This document shows positions 40,040 to 54,975 of a DNA stretch of 64,000 nucleotides, in pieces (the first letter of the stretch is position 1; every line of letters starts with the position of its first letter). The notes beneath the pieces are model-generated. The model was not told where the DNA came from, did no database searches, and saw only the letters and a list, made by a program, of their open reading frames with translations. A program made the position numbers and the translations under genes. Source of the stretch: Octopus bimaculoides (taxonomy: Eukaryota); the NCBI RefSeq assembly GCF_001194135.2, contig NC_068987.1, positions 27,843,240 to 27,907,239 of the forward strand, in the 5' to 3' direction.

Positions 40040-40478
40040 TTTATTCTTTCACTTGTTTCAGTCATTTGACTGCAGCCACGCTGGAGCACCGCCTTTAGTC
40101 GAAGAAATCGAACCCAGGACTTATTTTATCGATCATTTTTGCCAAACACAGACATACATACATACATATCTGGAGAAGCTACAAGAATAGATGCAATCGC
40201 TAATTCATAAAAACACGTGAGTTATTAATAAAAATCTGTAAATGTACAACCATCCATATATCTGAGTACTTTATTTTTTCTAATATATAATTCTTCTAAT
40301 ATATATATATATATATATACCATGGGCTTATTTTCAATTGCCATCTACCAAGTCCACTCACAATGGTTTGGTCAACCCGAAGCAATAGTAGATGACACTT
40401 GCCTAAGATGCCACGCAGTTGGACCGGAACCGGAACTGTGTGGTTGGGAAGCAAGCTTCTTACCACACAATCGCGCCT
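40040..40478 (-). mobile_element. SINE family A with a deleted tail segment and an expanded internal region
   Basis: Tail at 40040-40150 and head at 40320-40478 match the family. Confidence 0.8.
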
Positions 40479-41344
40479 ATTCCAGGGCCAACTTATTCTG
40501 AAGTTTCCTTGTCGCATACTCACTTCCTCAAACATGTCAAAGTAGACGGTGTGAAAAAACGTCATCATCCTATGGAGGAAGTTGGTGAGACAAAACATGG
40601 AACGATAAAATTGGGAATGAAAATTCCTCAAAATACAAATTCCCCTGGTTTGGTCTACAGTGAGCGTTTTGCTGTGTTCTGTCGGAGGAAGTGGAAGAAG
40701 TAAAGAAAAAAAGAAGGCGAGATAAAGGAGTAAGGCAGAAATGAAAATGTTAAAACGTGGAAGAAACAGCAAAGAGAAAAAGAGAGCGAGGAAACTAATA
40801 ATAAAAAAAATGCAGATGTGTAGAAACACGTATAGACACACACACACACACGAAACCAAAACCGCGCACGCTCGAAGGTAATTGTAGACGCTTCAGAAGA
40901 TAGGAGACCATCCATATACTGACTACACGCGAGAAACCGTATGTACATACACATAGGCAAAGGTACTCACAAACAAATACAAACACTCTCGTGCAATACT
41001 CGTCAGTATACGCATACACAGCCACGTACTAACCTACAGGCATACGTACACACAAGTAACGTCACATCTTTATATTCAGACACACGCCATTACTAAATCC
41101 TGTTAGTGTTGTCAAGAGATTGTTGAAGGAGACAGAATGCTGATATATGATAAATGAAAAGCCAAAAAGAGGTACAGTTCTATCGAATAAAAACAGCATA
41201 AAAATATAGAATAAAACGATGTTAAAGATCGTGCGTCAGAATGAAGTGATTACAAGGCTAAAAAAATAAAGACAATAAACGATTGTTGCAGTAATCATGA
41301 TGATAATAAAATGGAATGTCAGCAGCCAAAATAGTAATCAGAAT

Positions 41345-41778
41345 TGTTTCAAATATTGGCACAAAGTAAGATGTTTTAGAGGGAAGGATTAAGTCGATTA
41401 CACTGATCCCTGCACATGACTGGTACTTTCGTTTATCAAACGCGAATGAATGAAAGGAAAACTAAAAATCGAAAGTATTTGAAATCAGAACGTAAATGGC
41501 CGGAAGAAAAATCGCTAAACATTTTACTCGATGTGCTAATGATTCTGCCAGCTCACTGCCTTATAAAAATAATTTCTGATTTAGACAAATGGCAAGCAAT
41601 TTTAGAGGGAACGTGTTAGGCCATTATATCGATCCCAATGCTTTACTGGTACTTTACTCTATCGACCCTGAAAGAATGAAAGGTAAAGTTGAACATGACG
41701 GGATTTCAACTCAGAAAGTAGATAGTCGGAAGAAATACTGCAAAATCTTTTGACGCTCTAACGATCTTACCAATCCAC
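41345..41778 (-). mobile_element. Two head-to-tail SINE family B copies
   Basis: About 41345-41560 and 41571-41778, separated by ataaaaataa. Confidence 0.75.
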
Positions 41779-42189
41779 AAATCTATAGTATTGATGTTAA
41801 TTTTTATTACTTACAAGATGTTGGTCACATTACAAGATCGAAATACCAAAACAGCAGGGGTTTTACAGCAAGTAAGAAAATATTCATGGAAGCAACATAA
41901 ACAAGACAACGCACAATAAAAAATGTCATCACGAATGAATTTGCAATAGCGTGGCACAATCTCCGAGTGCAATTCGAAAGCACTCACGCGAAGTCTCAGT
42001 AACTCTGATACATCAAAAGCAAGTGTGTCCATTTTCTACCTGTTTGTAGTTGCATAATCCCATTTAGCCTCGGTAATATCGCCAGTCTCATGCATTTTTT
42101 TAATAGCATATACTGGATGGTAGCGCTTTTTTTCTACTTATTCCATCCAGCAAGTGGCAATTGAAGAATTTGAGGGCTTACCTAGAGAA

Positions 42190-42600
42190 TTCAAATCTTA
42201 TCTGAAAACATTTCTCCTGCGTTCACGCACAACTTCATTCGAAGTATATGTCGAGCAGAGTGCGACAAGCCAACATTTCTTTCAAAAGATTCCTGTAGAT
42301 CGATTCTTTCAGCAATCCTATACCTGTGTATTTTGTCCTGAACGTTCAATCTCTCTTCCACAGCAATACTGACAAACAGCCTATCCAACGAGTTTTTGTA
42401 ACTGTCCATATTCCAGTTAATGTCCTTCAAAAGTGATTTCTCAAACTGTCTTAATCGTCACGTAAAGTCGTTCCTAGGCCATCGGCTATCGACTCCTATT
42501 ACCTCCTCGAAATCTCTTTGGAATGCTAGAACCGAATTTCCGTTGAACATATTTCCACCAAGCAGAATGGAATGAGCGCTCGACAACATTCTGGATACCA
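42190..42600 (-). pseudogene. Possible degenerate mariner-like transposase N-terminus (HTH region)
   Basis: Fragments GNSVLAFQRDF, LRQFEK and GLSHSARHILRMKL resemble mariner-type HTH segments; frameshifted, by eye only. Confidence 0.3.
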
Positions 42601-45479
42601 AACACTGAACCTCTATCACTGCCTCATCTAGAACCGTATCACAGTTAAAGTGATGAGTTGTAAAACAAAACGTGTTGTATGGAAAGCAACAAACCCCTAA
42701 ACTTGTACAGTCGTTCCAAACTGTGTAGACAGCGCAGCTAAATCGAGATAGACGTTATTCTTCTTTCGAGGCAGAAAACCTTGTGAATTTTTCGAATCAT
42801 GATAACGATTATAAGGAATTCTAACGGCACTTGTATTATATTACAGAAAGAATTATCGATTCTGTTGAACTTGACTGGTACTTATTTTATCGACCTCGAA
42901 TGGGTAGAAAAGCTAACTGGACGTCGCTAGAATTTGAATTGATATGTTAAAAGAGGAAGTTACGTACATAGATAACGAGAAGCGTTCCTTTACATTGGTT
43001 TGCTTTGAAACTAGTTTACAAACTATACACTTCTACACACGTTTGTTTTCTGGAAACGCGCATAACTGACACCGGATATACACAGAGATGCATACATTCT
43101 GTTAGCTTTGTAGTAGATCTACATCTCATCCTGACAGCTCTAAAGGACATAAATCAGCTTCATACACGCCATTGAAAACAGACATTGAAAATTTCACTAT
43201 ATAGTAGAGAAGAAAAAATTACTTCACTGCAGAGCTTGACAAACTTAACGGTTGAAAAATTATTTCTTATAATTTAGTATCTTAAACACCCACAAAATTA
43301 CGATACGTAATGAATTTATTCTACCTGTGTAAACCAGAAAAGTGGTAACAACTGCAATAACTATGATATCCTAAATCGTATATTTGAAGCAAGCAACACA
43401 TCTTTAATCCTTCTCTGTTATATCTAGAAGTGATATTTTTTCACTGTGTAATGTGAATAGTGATGTAATATATCGCATACAAATGAAATAGGAATTAATA
43501 TCAGATGATTGGTATGGAATCCTTAAAAGTGAATAACTGCCTAAATACATTAAAAAGCGTTGATTTAGGGGAAAATGATAATAACAAAATTACACATTCG
43601 AAAATAATCCCCAAGAATTATATACAATGATACGTGGTAACAACGAAGCATGAGATAGAAAGCCAACGAAAGAACTAGAGGCAATTTCGAAAGCAAAAGA
43701 AATTGAAAAACATGCTCTATACAATGAGCTTGAGAAATGAGAAAAACCTAAAATAGATATCTAGAAATAACACCAGCAATGCTGAGATCTCATTATGCCT
43801 AACCACGCTTTACAACGCATACCCGGTTGTCTAAAAAAAATGTGACCTAGAAATTGTAATGCATGTTACTGCAAATTACTGGTTCATTACTTGCTTGGTT
43901 GTCATCTATAAAAGTCCTAAATATCATATTCTTGCGTGTATATGTGTGCGCGCGTATGAGTGTGTGTACGCACCCTCGTGTGTGCATGTATGTGTGTGTG
44001 TGTATGTGTGTTTGTTTGTGTGTACGCACGTGCTCGTGCGTGTGCGATAAAAAGGATCTCTTGAAAATTTCTATGAAAAGAATTTGAAAGTTCGCATCAA
44101 TCAACAACATAGTGTTAGATACAAAACAGAACTAATATTTCTTGAACTGATTAATGTTAGAAAGAATTTCTAATCATTCCTCACCATTGGCTTGTGACAA
44201 TGCTGAAAGTCTACCTATTAATAATGAATTAGGAAGCTTCTTCAAACCAACACTAACAACACATAATTCCGACTCTAATAAGTGTCATCTTTAATTGAAT
44301 CAAAGACACACGAACATTTCAGTGGTAACAGTTACCATTAAATTAAAAGTATTATCAGTAAATTGGTCCCCTATGTACATGCATCTCGGAACTAAATCCT
44401 ATAAAAGCTCTACAAAATAAGTGGCCAGTATTTTTGCTCACAGTAGACAGCTCTTTTATGTTTCGAAGAATATCATATCGTCGTGTATATTCGTTTGCAC
44501 AGCGATCACGTTATAGTCGTATATTTGCTGTAGGCTAAGTAACGTTAACTTTGAGAAATGGGTGGTCAATTAAAACACACACAGGGAGGCCAAAAACACA
44601 TGCTAGGACACTGTATTAGAACATGCATATGTAAACTAGTATACTTTCTTTTTTAGTGTGGTGGAACATATCACATCATCGATTTGAACACCACCTCTTG
44701 CCACATGAATGTCATTTACTAAGTTTGCTCTATTGCAATTTTCTCGTGCAAATTTCCTCCTGCTAAATTTAAAATGAGCCCATAAAACATGAATTATCCT
44801 ATTCTTCCTTAAAAGCAACCCTAAACAAGGCGTTAATTTTCCTATGTCTTCATTTAACATGTATGACTAATCTAGAACCCATAAAAGAACCTTTATTAAC
44901 ACTCAAACATCACTTTCTGTATCGCTCTAAGACACGTTTCTCTACACTTATCCATACTTCGTTTCTGTTCAACGTTAAAACATTGCTTCGAAATATTGTA
45001 GGCACACACATGTAGATTGCATTGTCGCTAGAATATACCTCATCCACCTATATATCAGCAACGAATATTTTCACTTATTCAGGCACTCTCCGTCATTCCT
45101 CTANNNNNNNNNNNNNNNNNNNNNNNNNNNNNNNNNNNNNNNNNNNNNNNNNNNNNNNNNNNNNNNNNNNNNNNNNNNNNNNNNNNNNNNNNNNNNNNNN
45201 NNNNNNNNNNNNNNNNNNNNNNNNNNNNNNNNNNNNNNNNNNNNNNNNNNNNNNNNNNNNNNNNNNNNNATATATATATATATATAACGCTCTAAGAACC
45301 CCTAGAAACCCCAACAGCTCTATTTGAAAACATCTTTCTCACATTACTCCTCTCTACGCTCAAACTTTTCTTGGCTCTCATTCAAGACATTAATACAAAC
45401 AGTGCAAAAACCGACTGTTTTATAAACCCCAACTCTGTAAATCAACTAATTTCATTCCTTGGGTATATTCTTCGCCGGT

Positions 45480-45870
45480 ACATACACAGGTACTTCAAAA
45501 AATCCTGAGCACTTTTTCACGTCCAAGCTAAACCTCTACGAGACAACAACTGTCTCTATATACATTGGGTTACGTGACTACTGCTGTATCGAGACTACCC
45601 ACGGCATATCTATATATTTCACAACTGCTACCCTGTATCATTTCAAACCACTGGGGTGGAAGGCGCTCCAACAGTTTTATACTACCTATCTCTCACTATA
45701 TTCTTTTCACTCGCCTTCGGGCTCATACTGACCCCTTCTTCCAGTTCTTCTTTCCTAGAACATGAACCTTCAAAACTACCATCTCGTATGTTTTTTTTTT
45801 CCCTCGCAGGCATCAAATTTCAACAACTCAAGAGGAACCTTAACAGCATCGACCGCGCTAGCTGATCTCG
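45480..45870 (+). pseudogene. CR1/Jockey-like LINE 3' remnant
   Basis: HFFTSKLNLYE, AVSRL, FFQFFFPRT and FQQLKRNLNSID resemble, in order, the YF...LL.LY / SFFPRT..LWN / QFKRNIN C-terminus of such LINEs. Confidence 0.45.
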
Positions 45871-46790
45871 GAAGGCCTGCAAAATAACAGGCGAAGTGCC
45901 TTTCTCTGGACTCAAACATCGAAAAAGCATTCGGTACAAAACATCCTAATATTGGCATGGATCACTTGAAATTCAGCCGACCTTGAGACATGATGTTTAG
46001 TAGTATACAGCGGTAGAAAATAATATGTAGGAGTTTTACCGTAAATTAAGATTAATGTTTCGTGTAAGTCATGTGCATTCTACACTATTTTGCATTGGAA
46101 GTTACGTCAGACTTAAATATTTACAGGAAAGGCATAATGCTAACAAAACTGTACCACAAAGGTTTAAGTGAATCGCCAATATATTTCATTGCGATCCTCA
46201 TTTTCAACGCGATATATCACGCAGAGTGACAAACATGTGAATTAGTCTATGACAAAACAGCTTGGCATTTTGATTTGCTCTCAGTTTTCAAACCAAGTGT
46301 GCTTCCCCATAGTTCAAACTTAAACACCGCAAGAGACATCACCATTAGCATCATTAGCTATTGTTGTTGCTTCCGGTGTTTTTAGATATGCACTTTGGTT
46401 TGTTGCTAACAAATCAAAAGTATCATTACGTTTTTTATGTACATTGCTTGGATATGTGAAATACAAGTATACTTTTTCATTCTTTTTTTTTTTTTTTACG
46501 TATTTCATTTATTCTTCATGTTACGTTGACGTTCACATTTTTAAGGAGCATTTTTTTTCTTTTCAGAAAAGCAGCCTAACAAACAAATAAAATCATATCC
46601 AAAAAATGACAGATCTCAATATACGCAATATATAGGTAGACAACAATTTCCAAGAGTTGAAAATTATCCTCAGAAGAATATTTTTCTTTAGCTGTAAAGT
46701 CAAAGAGGCTAAAAGTGTCGGATAAGTTTGTAACACAGCCAGACACAGCAAGCATAACGATGACAACGTCACTAAAACAACAACGGCTAC

Positions 46791-46827
<37 letters not shown>

Positions 46828-47460
46828 CGATGCTTCAACTATTAACACTACTTACTACTACAGCTACAATAAGGACAAATGATATTACAGAAGAAGAAGA
46901 AGAAGAAGAGGAAGAAAAAGAAGAGGAAGAAGAAGAAGAAGAAAAGTAGAAGAAGAAGAAGAAGAATTCCTATACTTTTAGTCAGAAATAACCACAATAC
47001 AATAGATTAATGAGTTGTAATGAATAACACAAACTGCAGCTGCTTGTTTGTGATGATATTTAGCATACGTCTAGAGTTGTTGGATAGAATGATACGATGA
47101 TAATCAGATAGATGCTTGCTGCAGGTAAACAAATGATGAAACGTTGCGCATGATAAAGCAAATGGAAATAGCGGAGGCAGCAATATATAAGATGTATCAA
47201 GTTAACAAAATGAAAAGATTGTGTGCCATAGTGCTAATGGTTCAGAACAACTTGGAAGAATGAGATCAGAAAAAGTAGTGTTCCGTTAAAAAGAAACCAG
47301 AAATTGTATATTTACTTTAGAAGCTGAAGAAATGCTCGGTGCAATGGTTGTGCGAGTGAATGGAAAATTATGCATAAGTCATTGAGGTAAAAGTGTTAAG
47401 TTTCAGAAACAGATATTATCATATATATACATACAAACAAACATACATACATATATACAC

Positions 47461-47496
<36 letters not shown>

Positions 47497-48599
47497 NNNN
47501 NNNNNNNNNNNNNNNNNNNNNNNNNNNNNNNNNNNNNNNNNNNNNNNNNNNNNNNNNNNNNNNNNNNNNNNNNNNNNNNNNNNNNNNNNNNNNNNNNNNN
47601 NNNNNNNNNNNNNNNNNNNNNNNNNNNNNNNNNNNNNNNNNNNNNNNNNNNNNNNNNNNNNNNNNNNNNNNNNNNNNNNNNNNNNNNNNNNNNNNNNNNN
47701 NNNNNNNNNNNNNNNNNNNNNNNNNNNNNNNNNNNNNNNNNNNNNNNNNNNNNNNNNNNNNNNNNNNNNNNNNNNNNNNNNNNNNNNNNNNNNNNNNNNN
47801 NNNNNNNNNNNNNNNNNNNNNNNNNNNNNNNNNNNNNNNNNNNNNNNNNNNNNNNNNNNNNNNNNNNNNNNNNNNNNNNNNNNNNNNNTATATATATTGC
47901 TTTAGATGTGCCGGAATGACATTGCTAATAGAGTTGTCAGTACCATCTTATATAATAGACATAACAGCGTAGAATCTATTCAGAGTTCTTGATCAATCAT
48001 TAAAAAAAATCAAGATTTTAGAAGTAAGAGCTGTGAATGGGTTTAGAAGGAGAAAATTTGTCAAGCGTATAGAAATTACTCAAGAGAAAAGGAGTAACGT
48101 TTGCGTTGTGCCACATAAAAACGTCCAAAATGCCATTCCAATCACCTACAAATACTAATGAGTGAGATGTTCCTAAAAATGTCTCTAGACATCTATAGAA
48201 ATCGAGCCGGTTCTCTCTCCAACTGGGAGGGGGTAGCTACTAATTCGGTGGTACTGTCGCTATACTAACCTCTGGGACCACCGGCTTAACATCCGGGTCT
48301 AAGGAAATGTTCCGTTGCTACTGCTTTCGTTTCTACTCTTGGTTCCTTTTCTTTTCTTTAACGGTATCGCTTTCTCTTACTATGGCTGATGTTGTTCATC
48401 TTCATAATGTTGCTGATCGTCTCTAACAGTCGTTCTGCTACTTGTATTCTTTTCTTATGTCACTGATTTTTTTTTTCTTTTCTTTTTCTTAGGTATATTC
48501 TATGATTTTGGTTGCTACTATTATTTCTGTTCTCGCTGCAGTCGTTAACGCTGTGGTTGTTCGTATACAAGTCAGTCTGACATTTTGTCTGCGTCTTTG

Positions 48600-49250
48600 T
48601 GGGTATTGTTTAAACTTACTCTGCTGACTGCTTTGATTTTAGTGGTCAAGCTAACCGACTCGTCCGTCCAATCTCTCTTCCCTTTTGGCGGCATTTCTAA
48701 AATGCGTTAGTAGGACGTTTTCGTGTCGCCTCCTCTAAGTCCGAGGGCAAAGAGAACGTGGAACTGATATTGTTTCGTCTGTCTTTTTTTGTTTATGTCG
48801 TAAGTGTTAATATTGTTGTTGTTCTCGTTCTGGTCATTCTTGTTCAAATTGGTGGCCTTGGTTGGGAGACTTGCTCGTAAGCTCCTCTCTGTATGTATGA
48901 TGAGGAAACTTTTATTCTTTTGCTGTCACTGCTTCTGTTGTTTTGATTCTAGAGGTTTGGGTAGCAGTAATGCTCGTAGGCGCTCTGCTCTTCTGCTCTT
49001 CCATTGGGCAGAAAGTGTTCCGGGGCATGTTTTGGGATTTTGTGACTTTGTGACTTTCTCTCTTGAACAGGAAATGGTCCGAGATTCCAGGTGATCGTAA
49101 CGACTCGAACTCCAGAGACATACATGCTATATTGTTGTAGGCAACTGAGTTGAGTGCAACATTCCCGTCGTGCTCCTCCATCATTACCACCATCCTGGCC
49201 TCGTTACTGTGAAGTGGAACGTTGGCGACTCGTCTTCTCAAGTAAAGTGG
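48600..49250 (-). pseudogene. GC-richer island, possible retrotransposon ORF1 remnant
   Basis: HFLFKRESH..KSQ..(C)P could be a decayed CX2CX4HX4C knuckle (ORF 48912-49241); weak. Confidence 0.25.
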
Positions 49251-50217
49251 GATTGCAATAAAATCTTGAGACTTGCAAATGATAGTAACCAGAGTCTTGG
49301 CCTAACTACTGAGTTCAAATTCCACGAGGTCGACTTTGCCTGTCGGCAACAAGTGTCCCGTATTGGTTACTTCTTGTAATGTATCCTACAAATGACCACT
49401 CTACCTCTAATCATTTTTCTACATGTGCTGAACTGCGATACTGTAGCTTTCTTTCGTTTCTAGTTATACATTTATAAACGATGTGTTTGATTTTTCTGGA
49501 TTAGAAACTTTATGAATCTCAAGCGCGTAATATTGCATTTATATATTTTAACATATTTTTCCATGCGATCGAGAAACTGTTTAAATACATTCACGGTTAG
49601 TTATAGCTGAAAACGAAGTTTTCATTCTGGTTTCTTGGGTGTTATCCTTGTCGATATCATAGCTGTTTTAGTTGTTACTGCTGCTTCTGCCGTTGTTATT
49701 GATGGTTTTCCCCTTCACAATCAAAAACAGCACCGGTTTTTTTGTTTCTCTGACGTTGTCTGGCATTACCATGGTAACGACAGTAGTGTTTCTAGTCAGG
49801 CATTCGCTTAACACATTCATCGCTCCACTTCTCTGTTTTTCAATTAACCACTCTTTCACACCTTCAGCGTTACATTCCTGAGTGGTGAATATCATTATTT
49901 CTACACAAATTTTCATGTTCTGCTTTTTTTTTTTTGAGGTTTTTGAGTTGTTGCTTTTTCAAATGAGACAATTTCACAATACAAGATGTAAAACCAGATA
50001 ATTACCCCACCCTATGCGGGTGGAAGCAAAACGAAAAACAGGAAGAAGCAGTAATATTATTCTGTAGAGGTGACCAAAAAATTTTAACCAAACAAGTCCA
50101 AGCTGAGGTGTAAATACTGAAAATTTCAGAAATTTTACAGCACCAAGATCGAACACGTAATTTCTGTCATTGTCCTATTATTATAATAATTATTATAATG
50201 GTGATAACGACAATAAG

Positions 50218-51454
<1,237 letters not shown>

Positions 51455-51467
51455 AATAATAATAATG

Positions 51468-51500
<33 letters not shown>

Positions 51501-52299
51501 TCGATGAAGATGAAGAGGAGACAGAGGAGGAGCAATTGCATACTACTTGAATGCAAGAGCGATTAAATAGACGACGCTTTAACATGGCTTCCCTAGTCTC
51601 ATTAGAACAATAAAAGTATAGGATTTCTATTCGTTAAATAGAATTGACATGTCCCTTTTTTATTACTTTTTGATAGATTGCATGAATCCATATGATAGGC
51701 CGTCTATCGATTTGTCTACAGCAGAACATTCGTGAATACATCATGGCGGTGGCAGTTTAATATTCATTCAAGTGTGATCAATGTTGAATAACACAAAATT
51801 CGCTTACCTTAGCATACTTTAAATTATTGAACCATAATACAACTTGTAATACCCCAGGATGTTTACATCAATTAAAATACTTGATAACATAGCAATTAAT
51901 ATGTTGTTTATTGATTATAAATTTTTCAACATTGTTCATTTTTGTAACCCAATACATTTAGGATTTAGTGTATGATTCCATAAGCCATCTATCCATAAAT
52001 TTAAAAGAAAGAGTTGAAAACCACAAAAAGGAATTTTGAACGAAAAGGCATTACTTTAATTATTTAATTCCTGTTATATTAATTACATAATGTCTTTTAG
52101 AAAGAGGGTTCGAGTCTATCAAGTTACTCAACGGTTCACAATTTCTTGCAATTTTGAAATTGAATAGTTTCAACATCTCTCTCTCTCTCTCTGTTTCTTT
52201 CTCACTTAGTCAATATATTTCTATCTTTCATCTCTTTTTTTTGTATTTTTCTTGCATTTGTATTATATTGCTTTCCATCTACAGTAATAATATCATTGA

Positions 52300-52630
52300 T
52301 TTCAAATGTTGGTACAATGCCAGCAACTTAGGGACAGGGGATTAGTCGATTACATAGACCCCAGGGTTGAATTGGTACTTATATTATCGACTCCGAAATG
52401 TGTAAAAGAGAAAGTCGACCTCGGTAGGATTTAAACTCAGAACGTAAAGACGGACGGAATGCCGCTAAGCATTTCGCCCGACGTGCTAACAATTCTGCCA
52501 GCTCGCTGCCTTACTCCAATCATAATAATATTGACGTTAACACTAATTCTGCAACATTGCGGAATGGAGTTTAGTTGACTGCATTGACCCTAATCTTTAA
52601 ATGGTACTTTGTTTTATCGACCCCGAAAGA
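52300..52630 (-). mobile_element. Full SINE family B copy plus a co-oriented 3' fragment
   Basis: 52300-52512 is full length; 52545-52630 is partial. Confidence 0.8.
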
Positions 52631-52805
52631 ATGTAGTGATACTTAATGCTTTGAGCACAACTGATCTTACTATTTCGCATAAATGAAATATCAGGGTCTC
52701 CGTTAACATTATTTTCATTATTTCATTGTTAATAATCTTTCAAAATTGCATTTCACGAATTATTTTCTTATCGGACGTGTTACGGATAACTGAATAACTT
52801 ATACA

Positions 52806-53180
52806 TGTGTGGCTGTGTGGCAATAAGCTTGCTTCCCAACCACATGGTTCCGGGTTCAGTCTCACTGCGTGGTACCTTGAGCAAGTGCCTTCTACTATAG
52901 CCACAGGCCGACCAAAGCCTTATGAGTGGATTTGGTGGAAGGAAACTGAAAGAGAGACGTCGATGTATATAAATATATATGTATGTGCTTATGTATTTGA
53001 TCCCCACCATCACTTGACAACCGGTGTTGGTGTGCTTATATACCAGTAACCTACTGGTTTGGCTAAGAGACTGATGAAATAAGTACTAGGCTTAAAACAT
53101 AAATGCTGAGGTCGATTTGTATGCATAAAGCCCTTCAGGGTGATGGCTGTAGTCAGATAACTGAAGTAAGTCAAAGATAA
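52806..53180 (+). mobile_element. SINE family A
   Basis: tggctgtgtggcaataagcttgcttcccaaccacatggttccgggttcagtc head, ccttgagcaagtg CORE-like domain and tail. Confidence 0.85.
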
Positions 53181-54551
53181 TTAAAAATCAAATAGTATTT
53201 CAAGATACTCGGTTTTCAAACGAAATGTGCGCTTCGTTCCGTTCGGCATTGCTTTACCGAGAACCTTAGAAAAATGTATCTTGGCATATAACATTCTGCA
53301 GCCAACTACTTTTACCCCAACAGTCATTAGGGATAAACACTACCTCATATCTGAAGATGAAAATGGAGTGTGTACCGTAACAAAATCATACCTTCAAATA
53401 ACAGGTTACAGCATTTCGAAAATATTGTTTCAAAGTATAATGTTTCAATACCATCATCACCAGAGAATTGCTATTATAATAAGCCAGAACCTGTGAAGTA
53501 TTGTATTGAAATAGAATTATTCATATTTCAAGTAGCATGCTGTAAGAAACAAATTGCTGAAAGTATATATGTATATGTGCGCATATATTTTACATATACG
53601 TTTACTTGTATACATATATACATACATATACATAGACACATGCATAAATTGACAAAAACGATAAATATATCCCTTACTATATAAATAGACGTGTGTGTGT
53701 GTGCGTGTGCGTGTGCGTGCGTGTGTGTGTGCGTGTGCGTGTGCGTGCGTGTGTGTGTGCGTGCGTCTCTGTGTGTGTGTGTGTCCGTGCGTCTGTGTGT
53801 GTGTGTGTGCGCGCGCTTTTCACGTGAAAACTGCTGCACGAATTGCTTCCATAGGTGGGATGCATGAATAATTTGACCTCGGATACCTAATAGGGTCGTC
53901 AGTTAATATTTTTATCAAAAATAAATAATATTGATTTATATTTATCATTTACTTTTTTAAAAGGTTTCTTAATGNNNNNNNNNNNNNNNNNNNNNNNNNN
54001 NNNNNNNNNNNNNNNNNNNNNNNNNNNNNNNNNNNNNNNNNNNNNNNNNNNNNNNNNNNNNNNNNNNNNNNNNNNNNNNNNNNNNNNNNNNNNNNNNNNN
54101 NNNNNNNNNNNNNNNNNNNNNNNNNNNNNNNNNNNNNNNNNNNNNNNNNNNNNNNNNNNNNNNNNNNNNNNNNNNNNNNNNNNNNNNNNNNNNNNNNNNN
54201 NNNNNNNNNNNNNNNNNNNNNNNNNNNNNNNNATACGATTATTTTGTTTCATGTTTATCTCATTCATTGTTTGCAATGATCTCTCCCCCATCTCTCTCTC
54301 ACGCACACACACACACACAAACTCCAGGTTTTATTTCGTTATTACTCAAATATCATATTAAAATTTTCCAATTGAACATGGGGTCGTCCAAAAAATATGG
54401 GCATTCTTTCGCTTGAACACACACGCTTCCTTAATTTCCGTAAAAGTTTTCATTTATTTACTTTTTTGTGCTGTGTTCAGTGATATGTATTTGCAGTCAG
54501 TCACACACGCACACATTTGTTTTGTGTATGTATGTTTGTATACATTTATGT

Positions 54552-54718
54552 ATGTGTGTGTCTGAGAGAAAAGTGAAAGTGAGTGAAGGGGTGTGTTGTC
54601 ATGTATACGTACATACATAAATACATATGCATACATCTCTCTTGTATGTAAGTGTGCGTGTATGTATGAGAGAGGGATAGAAAGGGAGAGAGAGTGTGTG
54701 ATGTCTAAGTGGCACTCA

Positions 54719-54769
<51 letters not shown>

Positions 54770-54910
54770 ACGCATACACATACGTACAAAAAGATGTATT
54801 CTTATTTATTTATGTATGTACGTATACATGAAAACACACCCCTTCACTCACTAACTCTCTCGCTCTCTCTCTCTCTCTCTTTCTCTCTCTCCCACGCAAA
54901 CACACACACG
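54552..54910. repeat. Foldback palindrome built partly from mirrored microsatellites
   Basis: gagtgaaggggtgtgttgtcatgtatacgtacatacataaata (from 54581) is the reverse complement of tatttatgtatgtacgtatacatgaaaacacaccccttcactc (to about 54849) with one mismatch. The centre is near 54700-54712. Confidence 0.85.
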
Positions 54911-54975
54911 TCCATTTCATCTGAAGTTTGATATTGTATATACATGTATCTGTGTGCGCGCGCGAGTGTGGCTTT

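Noticed and set aside
46566-46965. Strong acceptor followed by poly-Thr and poly-Glu-like frames
   Set aside because: The frames are broken by stops and consist of (ACT)n and (GAA)n microsatellites.
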